Source of the DNA: Haliotis rufescens
Taxonomy: Eukaryota
DNA: 64,000 nucleotides
Assembly: GCF_023055435.1 (NCBI RefSeq)
Contig: NW_025964334.1
Location: 21,080,001-21,144,000 of the forward strand
Reading direction: 5' to 3'
The translations under genes and the position numbers were made by a program. Shown piece by piece: positions 1 to 10,900 of the stretch (its first letter is position 1; each line of letters starts with the position of its first letter). The notes under the pieces were generated by a model. It saw only the letters and a list, made by a program, of their open reading frames with translations. It was not told where the DNA came from and searched no databases.

Positions 1-731
1 TTTCTATGAAACATGCAGTGAATAACTGATGCATAAATTGACCCTGGATGAGTGAGGATGGGTCCTCTACCTCAAGGTTCCACGAAGGTTTAGGATGTGC
101 AACAATGTAGTGGGTGTGCGAGAGAAGAGTGAGTGAGTATGGTTTTACACCACTTTTTGCAATAGTCCACCAATATCACAGCGGGAGACATTGGAAAATG
201 GGCTTCACACATTGTACCCCTGTGGGGAATCGAACCCCGGTCTTCGGCATGCCAAGCGAATGTTTAACCACTACACTATCCCCCTGCCTGGTCATTGGAG
301 CCTCTACCTGTGCCTTGATGCCAGCTGGTACAAGGGTTCACAACACATCGACCTGCAACCTGGTTTCCCTCAACCTTCGACAATAGTTGGTGGCCATTTC
401 AAGAAGAGGCACTTTGGGCATTCCTCTCACATAAAGCTGAGACACAGTGAGTTACTGGAATACTGTCCTAAGTGGCACGAAACCAAACTCAAGACAAATT
501 TACATGGCAAATTTCTATGAAACATGCAGTGAATAACTGATGCATAAATTGACCCTGGATGAGTGAGGATGGGTCCTCTACCTCAAGGTTCCACGAAGGT
601 TTGGGATGTGCAACAATGTGGTGGGTGTGCGAGAGAAGAGTGAGTGAGTATGGTTTTACACCACTTTTTGCAATAGTCCACCAATATCACAGCGGGGGAC
701 ACTGGAAAATGGGCTTCACACATTGTACCCC
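1..731. repeat. Local direct duplication, period 511 bp (1-220 matches 512-731), each copy containing a family-A SINE part
   Basis: TTTCTATGAAACATGCAGTGAATAACTG... at 1 recurs at 512 with few mismatches up to CATTGTACCCC; the unit probably starts before the window. Confidence 0.85.
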
Positions 732-875
732 TCGTGATGAGCCAACGCTTTAACCACAAGGCTACCCCACCACCCCTATGCGAGACAAAAACCTCATCTA
801 CATAGTTTGTGTTTCTTTTGTCTCAGCTTGTATTTGGCTCTTGACACTTGTTCGTGCACTTCAAAACAGGCATAT

Positions 876-1091
876 TTGTTTGTTTAACGCAGCACTCAGC
901 AATATTTCAGCTATGGGACTGGCGGTATGTACATAATCGTGTCTGGATCAGACAATCCAGTGATTGACATCATGAGCATCGATCTTCACAATTGGGATAC
1001 ATTGACATGCATCAATGAAGTTAGTGAGCCTGACAATGCGATGCGACAAGCATGGGTTGCTGAAGACCAATTTTAACCCAGACCTTCACGG
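876..1091 (-). mobile_element. SINE-like family B copy
   Basis: (TTTG)n-TTTAACGC..CACTCAGCAATAT...GACCTTCACGGG, same as the copies at 46997, 47408, 54507 and 61663. Confidence 0.8.
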
Positions 1092-1143
1092 GACAAAAAA
1101 ACAGGTATAACAAAAGTTTATTGCATTTGTACTGTTGGTGAAT

Positions 1144-1658
1144 CAATCCCATTAAAATATGATCTTTTAATCCAATACAATATCTCTCTGCGTAAAGAAG
1201 TAAGGACACTTCCTTCAAGGCTTTTAAATTCTATGTATGAGTGAGTGAAGAAATCAGACCAGCATATCTGATTTCTGTATCTCGAAAACAAATTAAAATC
1301 TTTCCTGAATGTACATGGTGAAGGCCATTTTTCTGCTGTGAGATATTGTATACACCTTGTAGTTTCCGAGCTCCATGGCATCTATCCCTAAAAGGAAGTA
1401 CCATTGAAGGAATATCTGTGTCCTATGGGGGTTTCCTTGTATTAAAATCGACATTACTGAATCAATGTGGTAAAGGAACTGAACCAAATGGGTTTAGAAA
1501 GCTGACATCAGACTGACTCCATAACCCACACATGCTTTGTTTGGACTGGGCGGTCAAGCATCCCTGAGGGTTCCCCTGACTCAACCTTCCATGGAGGTGT
1601 CCTCAGATCTTCAGAGAGGTGTCGTATCTGAGTAAAAGATCTGATTTTAATGAGATTG
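1144..1658. mobile_element. Older non-autonomous TIR element related to the AcademH-like element of the array
   Basis: Left end CAATCCCATTAAAATATGATC; right end reverse-complements to CAATCTCATTAAAATCAGATC...AGATCTGAGGAC; 9-bp TSD TTGGTGAAT/TTGGTCAAT. Confidence 0.75.
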
Positions 1659-1983
1659 TTGGTCAATGGGACTTGGAATTCCAATCCTTCATTATTATGG
1701 CTTCATCCAGCGTAGTAATCTAAGTGCTGTGGCTGCCATACATTTTCATGGACTTACAACAGTTGTAGGCTCCCTCTGTAACCATGACAATTGGACCAAG
1801 TAGCTAATGGACATAACTCCACAAAGCAGGGATTTATGCCCTGTTTCACCTGACAGCCTCCAAAAGTCATATAACCGGTCATTTTGAGGTCCCCTTTACT
1901 CGTGCAAAAGTATCAAGGTAACTTCACATCTTGGCCTTGGCAATGAAGAAAGGTAAACACTGGCATCGGACTTTACGGGCTGA

Positions 1984-4900
1984 TTAGAAGTCAAGTTTGG
2001 ATGAAGGTCCTCCACACGCTAGAGATGTGGGTTTGAATCTGGGTGCAGGATCCTCCTGGTCTCGACTAGCCGACTCCGACAACTCAGGGGGGAGGTGCAA
2101 CATCTGGCCAACATAGAACACAACACAGTATCAGGGTGAGTGAAACAAGAGTCATCAGAAAGATGACATATCCCCCCGGCAGTTGTCTGTAAAGTAACCA
2201 CAAGTAAATGCGCAATTCTGTATGTAATGAGTCAAGAGTTGAATGTTCTTTAAGAAGCATACATTGTTTCCACCATGGTCGCATCCATATGAAATGGAAA
2301 GTAAAACGTGTGTTTCTGTGGGTTTTTTTTATGCAAACAAATGACAAATTACAAGAAACAAGCGTATAGTCAACTATCTATCTGTATCATCTATATCCCC
2401 AACCCATTTTAACACGTTATGGTCCCAAACCAGGTAACTGACTCAACATTTCTCTTAGCCCATGTCAAAATAGCTCAGAGGGCCACGACAAATGAGTGAG
2501 TGAGTGAGTTTAAGCAATATGCTAGCAATATCACGACAGGGGACACCCATTGTACCCATGTCGGGAATCGAACCCTGGTCTTCGGCATGACGAGCAAACG
2601 CTTTATCCACTAGGCTACAGGACTGCCCCAGAGCCACGACAAAAATGTAGGTGTACTGATCAATACATCTAAAGCCCTACGCGCAAACTTTGCTGTAAAT
2701 AACATCTCGATGTATGAAACAGAAATTTTTCAGAAATTTAGAAAACGAAGAAATACTGTGCAGTCCTTCAGTGAGAATATCACACTGGTCTGCAACAGAC
2801 ATGCGAATGAACCCACCTCAATTGTGAATTTTTTCCGCCTGAGTTTGAAAGCCAGGTCGAGAGTGTCGGGCATGTGCGAGATGAGAGAGTTGAGACGTGG
2901 CAGCTGACGGAGGTGCAACAGTCCTGCAACATAAGAGTGAGTGAGTGAGTATGGTTTTACGCCGCTTTTAGCAATATTCCAGCAATATCACGGCGGGGGA
3001 CACCAGAAATGGGCTTCACACAATGTACCCATGTCGGGATTCGAACCCGGGTCTTCGGCGTGACAAGCTAACGCTTTAACCACTAGGCTACCCGACCGCC
3101 CCTGCAACATAAGAAGGTGGATGTATTTTTGTTTGTTTATTTGTTTGTTTCTTGTTAAATGCCACACTCAGCAATATTCCAGCAATACTATGACTATCTG
3201 TAAATAATCGAGTTTGGGCCAGACAATCCAATGATTGACATCATGAGCATCGATCTACGCAATATGGATATGATAATATGCATCAACTAAGTCAGCGAGT
3301 CTGACCACCCGATCCTGTTGGTTGCCTCCCACGACAAGCAGGGGTCACAAAAACCAGTTCTAACCTGAATCGGTGTGGATGACAAGCAATATTCCAGCTC
3401 TATCATGTTGGCTTGTAAACAAACAGCCGGGCACCCCTGCCTCGCCACACTATGATTACCTCTTGGCTCCACACAAGACCCGTCACCCTTGCCTCGCCAC
3501 ACTATGATTACCTCTTGGCTCCACACAAGACCCGTCACCCTTGCCTCGCCACACTATGATTACCTCTTGGCTCCACACAAGACCCGTCACCCTTGCCTCG
3601 CCACACTATGATTACCTCTTGGCTCCACACAAGACCCGTCACCCTTGCCTCGCCACACTATGATTACCTCTTGGCTCCACACAAGACCCGTCACCCTTGC
3701 CTCGCCACACTATGATAACCTCTTGGCTCCACACAAGACCCGTCACCCTTGCCTCGCCACAAAATGTGTACCCTCTGATTCTCTGTACAGTCAACTAACA
3801 ACTTACCATGATATTCCTTAAAAGCAGGATTTTTCTCCTTACTGGATCCAGCAAAACTCTCGAGGCGTATCGCCGTGTCACTCAGACGTACAAGTCTTTC
3901 CACAAAACCTGGATCCTGAACACAGAAAGAGCATATTGTTGAAGTGTATAGTTCAAACAGAGTAGCTTCTAGCATTTTTCCATCAATATTGAGAGGATAT
4001 TCCATGTGTCGAGTGAAATATCATGTTTCTCTCATCGAGTGACGGGGGGAAAGGAGATATTTTCAAGAGATGAGAGAAACATGATATTTCACTCGACACA
4101 TGGAATATCCTATTTATTATATACTTTTTGTGTAGTTGTCTACCAGGGAATTAAATTATTTCATTACAAATGTAAAACCTTGAAACGTAAGTTCTCCCTG
4201 CCTAACACAGGGACGGTTCACCACCCCTTGTATTTGCGACTTAAAAAGTAGTTTGGTGTTTGCAAAATCTTAAAAAATCTTTAAAAAAGTATTAAAAAAT
4301 ATTTAGGGTCACAAAAATTGTTTATCATACATTTAGATATGATTATATACAAAATCTACTTTTTCAAAAAATATTCTTGAAAACTAGGAGACCGCTGTTG
4401 AAAGCGAAAGAATACACGCTGGTCAAGTAACAAAAATGGCGCTTTGCGAAACGAACAGTCTCGTTTGACGAGTTAAATATCAAATTTACAGTTTATAAGG
4501 AAACATTTTTGAGAGAATAACAAAAGGCAAGAAGTTATATTAACTCCATAAATGACCATCTGTCGTTATTTAGCCTTGTCAATGTGGACCTAAAGTAAAA
4601 AGAAGTCAACAGTTTGTGTACACGCTAGTCACTGATGACAATTTAAGGGGAGGTAACACTTGTTATGTTCGCTGCAATGATATATAAATTTTCTCAACTT
4701 CAGAAAACTCAGTCTTTCACACCGAAGTATATAATCAAATGTGTGTTTAGTTATAATCATGTTTCACTCTACATATAATATACAAGATTTTGTCTTTCAA
4801 CATCTGTTTAAGTTAATATTAACATGTTGAGTCGGAAACATGGATTCTGTATCACAACGTGTATATCATAAGGTGAGGTGAGGTGAGGTGAAATGGGGTT

Positions 4901-7900
4901 TAACGTCGCGTCCAAGATTATTGCACTTATATAGCGACGTGCATGTACGTGTGTGTGTTTGTTTGGCTGCTTGTACTAGTCCGGACTGATGCCGATTTAT
5001 AGTGCTAACACTGAGATACCATGCCGCAGTTTAACATGAATACCCCACTCAGACACAGTATACTGACTCCGAGCCGACCAGTCCTTGTTTTAGCCCCTTA
5101 ATGCCGAGCGTCAGACAGGGTTACAACAAGTACCATCTTTTAACGTCTTCTGGTATGACGCGGCCGGGGATCGAACTCTTGACTTTCCGCTCTCCGTGCG
5201 GACGCTCAACCACTAGACCACGGAGGCGGTCGTACATCATTAGGGGCTGTGTTGAGATGACTTACCTGGAACAGGTGAGAAGGCACGGTGATGAGACAAC
5301 AGGCGTAGGCTGTCCTCAGCATCGACCTGAGTGCATAGAGGAACCGGGGCAGGGAGGGGTCCGCACTCACACCATCTGACCCCACCCCACCACTCTCCCC
5401 CCACAGTGGAGAACCCAGGGAGTGTATTGCTGCAATGAGACAGGGGTGTGTGTGTTATACAGGAACCAGGGAGAGCTGTCAACCCCACCCCACCCTTCCA
5501 CTCTCACCCCACAGTGGAGAACCCAGGGAGTGTATTGCCGCAATGAGACAGGGGTGTGTGTGTTATACAGGAACCAGGTAGAGCTGTCAACACCACCCCG
5601 ACCCACCCCACCACTCTCACCTCACAGTGGAGAACCCAGGGAGTGTATTGCTGCAATGAGACAGGGGTGTGTGTGTTATACAGGAACCAGGGAGAGCTGT
5701 TAACCCCACCTCACCCCACCACTCTCCCCCCACAGTGGAGAACCCAGGGAGTGTATTGCTGCAATGAGACAGGGCTGTGTGTGTTATACAGGAACCAGGT
5801 AGAGCTGTCAACACCACCCCGACCTACCCCACCACTCTCACCTCACAGTGGAGAACCCAGGGAGTGTATTGCTGCAATGAGACAGGGGTGTGTGTGTTAT
5901 ACAGGAACCAGGGAGAGCTGTCAACCCCACCCCACCCCTCCACTCTCACCCAACAGTGGAGAACCCAGGGAGTGTATTGCTGCAATGAGAGAGGGGTGTG
6001 TGTGTTCCACAGGAATTAAGGAGAACTCGGGCACCACAACAACACCAATCAACATATCAATATGATTTTCCCACTTGAAGGACACCTTACCTATCCTAAG
6101 TATCCTCCTGTTGTCACACTGCTGGCTGGTGGAGAACTTGCCGGCCTCTATCTTGCTGTGAATGTGCTGGAGCAGCTTGCAGTAGTGGGGGGTCATGAAT
6201 GGACAGGGGTCAAGGCTGGGAAGGGACAGAACTCTTGCTTTAGCATGTTCATGTATAATGTCATCATGTGTTCATTTAAAAAGGCTACTGGATCGACGTG
6301 AAGGATATCACTAAAGGTATGACTTAAATGAGAAATTATTTTCAGATTTTATAACACTTACTGCTGTAAGTAGTACAGTAAACTACGGTTATAACGAACT
6401 CGAGGGGACCACTAATTTCAGTTCGTAATAACCGTAGTTCGTTATAAGCATACATACAGCATATCTACAACAAATGGTTAGGACTAAAAACTAAGTACGT
6501 TATATCTGTCAGTTCGTTATAAGCGTGTTCGTTATAAATGTAGTTTACAGTATTTGAAAAACGTATATTCCCTCACGGAGTCCTACCTGTGCGTAAAGTT
6601 ATGTTTTGATAGTGTCGTGACATCAGAACTGAGGACGGTCTCTTCTGACATAGACTTCGTCAGGTCATAGTAATGTCCGAACTTGGCGGAGGGTTGGTTA
6701 GACTGCAATTATAATCTAATTATAATCTAATAATAATAATAATAATAATAATAATTATAATAATATCTTGCTGATTTAATCTAGCATAACTGTCAACGAT
6801 GACTTACGAGGGTTATGTCATCCAAACATGTCAAGATCTATCGGCGTAACCGATTGGCCATAAGGCCTGGGTACAACGTTGGCATCACAATCATTGTGGT
6901 ATACTGCAACATCTTAGGTTATTGAGTGCGTATTGTTTTACGCCAATATCACATCTGGGGACATCAGAAGAGGGCTCCACACATTGCAACCATCTGTGGA
7001 ATCAAACTTGGGTGTCACAAACAAATGCTTTGACCACTAGACTACCTCCATCTTCCCAATCGTAGCGCCACCAGTGACTATTTATGGAATAACCCACAAG
7101 GTACGAGTGATTACGGAAAATATGTCACAAGTGAAATTAATGTTTTAAGTTCCGAGCTTTGTCCCTCCTATTGACCAATCAGATTCCTATGTTACACATT
7201 ACATGATACATGTTACATTTTGGTTTGGTTGGTTTGTTGTTTTACGCGGCACTCAGCAATATTCCAGCTATATGACGGCAGTCTGTAAATGATCAAGTCT
7301 GGACCACACAATCAAGTGATTGATATCATGAGCATCGATCCAGGCAATCGGGATCGATGACATGCATCAACCAAGTCAGCGAGTCTGACCACCCGATCCC
7401 GTTAGTCGCCTCTTACGACAAGCAGTCGCACAATACATGTTACATGATACACGATACAAGTTGCATGATACATGACACACAATACAAGTTACATTATACA
7501 CGATACAAGTTACATGATACATGACACACAATACAAGTTACATAATACACGATACAAGGTACATGTTACATGTTACATGACCCCTAGCCTAGCAACTCAA
7601 TATTAATGTGACTTCCCCCTCCCAATCCCCAGTGGAATGATATACATCCTTCCCTAACTCCAACCTTACCTTAATCTAATTATTTGTGTAATCAGACCTG
7701 AATGGTTGTTCATGCTATCAACCAGTTGTTTGCCTGGCCCAGATTTAATTATCTAAAGGCTGCTGTGATGGTAGATGGAATATTGTTCAATGTAAATCAA
7801 CATTCACTGACTCTCACGGCATCTCTAAGTTAAGTCACATTGATATGACATCCACATAACAACCATGACCTTATCTTACAACTGAATGTGACTTGTTGAC

Positions 7901-10900
7901 CCGACAGCTCACCTGAACTTGAGGTTTATTCTGGTACCTCCAGGCGATCTTCATGGACCCTGAATCTGCCCCTTCAGACATGGCCTCGGCTGGGTCGTCT
8001 GTAATAGGGGCAGGTAACTCCTGCAACAACCCAGCATAACAGTGTTCATCGTCAATTCTTCACAGTTTTAGCACTCCGAACTCAGCAAGTAATGTGTTTG
8101 TTTGTTTGTTGTTTAACGCCGCACTCAGCAATATTCCAGCTATATGATGGTGGTCTGGACAGGCAATCTAGTGATCCGTGTGACTATACCTGAATGAGTG
8201 AGTTGGGGTCCGTGTGACTATACCTGAATGAGTGAGCTGGGGTCTGTGTGACTCTACCTGGTAGAGTTGGGGTCTGTGTGACTCGACCTGGTAGAGTCGG
8301 AGTCTGTGTGACTCTACCTGAGTGAGTGAGTTGGTGTCTGTGTGACTCTACCTGAATGAGTGAGTCGGGGTCTGTGTGACTCTACCTGGTAGAGTCGGGG
8401 TCTGTGTGACTCTACCTGGTAGAGTCGGGGTCTGTGTGACTCTACCTGGTAGAGTCGGGGTCTGTGTGACTCTACCTGGTAGAGTCGGGGTGTGTGTGAC
8501 TCTACCTGAGTGAGTGAGTTGGTGTCTGTGTGACTACCTGAATGAGTGAGTCGGGGTCTGTGTGACTCTACCTGGTAGAGTCGGGGTCTGTGTGACTCTA
8601 CATGAATGAGTGAGTTAGGGTCTGTGTGACTTGAGTGAGTCGGGGTGTGTGTGACTATACCTGAATGAGTGAGTCGGGGTCTGTGTGACTCTACCTGAAT
8701 GAGTGAGCTGGGGTTAGTGTGACTCTACCTGGTAGAGTCGGGGTCTGTGTGACTCTACGTGAATGAGTGAGTTGGGGTCCGTGTGACTCTACCTGAATGA
8801 GTGAGTTGGGGTCCGTGTGACTCTACCTGGTAGAGTCGGGGTCTGTGTGACTCTACATGAATGAGTGAGCTGGGGGCCGTGTGCCTATACCTGAATGAGT
8901 GAGTTGGGGTCTGTGTGACTCTACCTGAATGAGTGAGTTGGGGACTGTGTGACTTGAGTGAGTCGGGGTGTGTGTGACTATACCTGAATGAGTGAGTTGG
9001 GGTCTGTGTGACTCTACCTGGTAGAGTCGGGGTCTGTGTGACTCTACCTGAATGAGTGAGTTGGTGTCTGTATGACACTTCCTGAGTGAGTCGGGGTCTG
9101 TGTCGAGGTCTGTGTGACTCTACCTGAGTGAGTGAGTTGGGGTCTGTGTCGAGGTCTGTGTGACACTACCTGAGTGAGTGAGTCGGGGTCTGTGTCGAGG
9201 TCTATGTGACACTACCTGAGTGAGTGAGTTGGGGTCTGTGTCGAGGTCTGTGTGACTCTACCTGAATGAGTGAGTCGGGGTCTGTGTCGAGGTCTGTGTG
9301 ACACTACCTGAATGAGTGAGTCGGGGTCTGTGTCGAGGTCTGTGTGACACTACCTGAATGAGTGAGTCGGGGTCTGTGTCGAGGTCTGTGTGACTCTACC
9401 TGAATGAGTGAGTCAGGGTCTGTGTCGAGGTCTGTGTGACACTACCTGAATGAGTGAATTGGGGTCTGTGTCGAGGTCTGTGTGACTCTACCTGTATGAG
9501 TGAGTTGGGGTCTGTGTCGAGGTCTGCCAGGAGAGTTGACTGCCTTGTCATGACACTCTCTGCTACAAAATACTTCACCAGCAGTCGGGCATAGCTACCA
9601 TAGGTATCTTCCTCTGGAAAATAGGATTTGGAGAAATTAGTCAACAAAGTTATCGCCTAAAGGGTACATTACATTAACTGAATTTGTCCAGGCATCCTTC
9701 AGTCCAGACAAATATCATTATTTAGTTTTTGATGATTTGTTTGTTCTTTAATGCCACACTCAGCGATATTTTAGCTATTTGATGGCGGTCTGTAAATCGA
9801 GTCTCGATCAGACAATCCAGTGATTGACATCATGAACATGGATCCACGCAATTGGAATACAATGACATGCACCAACCAAGTCACCAAGCCAGACCACCCA
9901 ATCCAATTAGTTACCTCTTACTAAAAGCGTAATCGCTTTTTACAGCAAGCATTGGTTGCTGAAGACCTATGCTGACCTGGATCTTCACAGGTGAGTTTTT
10001 GATGAACAGAACTGACCATGTTAACAGAATATGTTTTCCATAATTTCATTTTGTTTTAAAAATAAGAATTGTCCTGTCTGTTTTAAACAGCAACCTTTTA
10101 TACCAGTAATTGCAATAACAAGGATGGATCCAGCTTTTTTTTAAAGGGGGGTCCTAACCATCAAAATCCTCTCAGTCAGTTTCACTGTCTATAACAGGGG
10201 GTGGGGGTCTGAACACCCTGGACCACACCCCTTCTGGACCCACCTATCAATAAACATGATAATAGTATCGAATACTTTGAATAAGTCATTGATCAGTTTA
10301 AAAAGTAAACAAAGAAAACATGATACAATCAATCAAAAAGTTGTTTATCACCTGAAACTAAACAGGATCCTGGTCTCCTTGATGGTTTCTCTCCCTCTAC
10401 ATCTTTATCTTTAAACGTTAGGTCATGACACAGACCCCTTGACTTTAATGCTCATTTCCAAACACTGCCCTTGGTTATATTTCTTTGGATAATCGACAAT
10501 CCTGTAGATTATAGGGCTTGGTGCCTAGTTCCACTTTCATCTCCTTCAGCCATATCAACTTGAAGACCATGGGTTTGAAGCGACCAACAATGGTCCAATT
10601 TCTGTATCAATATCTCAGTTTTATAAAAATATTTACTTTTTTTTTTCTGATGACATCTTTTTAAGATTAAGAGTGAAGGATAAAGATAAAGTACCGTATT
10701 CGACGTAATAAGCGCCCCGCTCTATTAAGCGCACAGGGAGATATTTGCTAATATATTGGCTAGTGAACAATCCCAATTAGCACCCCTTCCGATTGATCAA
10801 TGTACACAAGAATTATTTGTTCGTGTATAATACGCACTCATGTGTTATATGCACCCTTAATTATGGGCAATTAAACTCTGGAAAAATATATCTGTCGTAT

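Noticed and set aside
3434-3760. CRISPR-like array
   Set aside because: Units are contiguous and identical with no spacers, no cas genes are present, and the context is a eukaryotic intron
5422-9078. Repetitive ORFs (for example 5556-6065 and 8755-9078)
   Set aside because: Translations of minisatellites
10352-10601. Exon-like segment in ELP4 intron 2 (AG...GT bounded)
   Set aside because: Weak pyrimidine tract, stops in all frames and not needed for the ELP4 ORF; a poison-exon role is unsupported without RNA data
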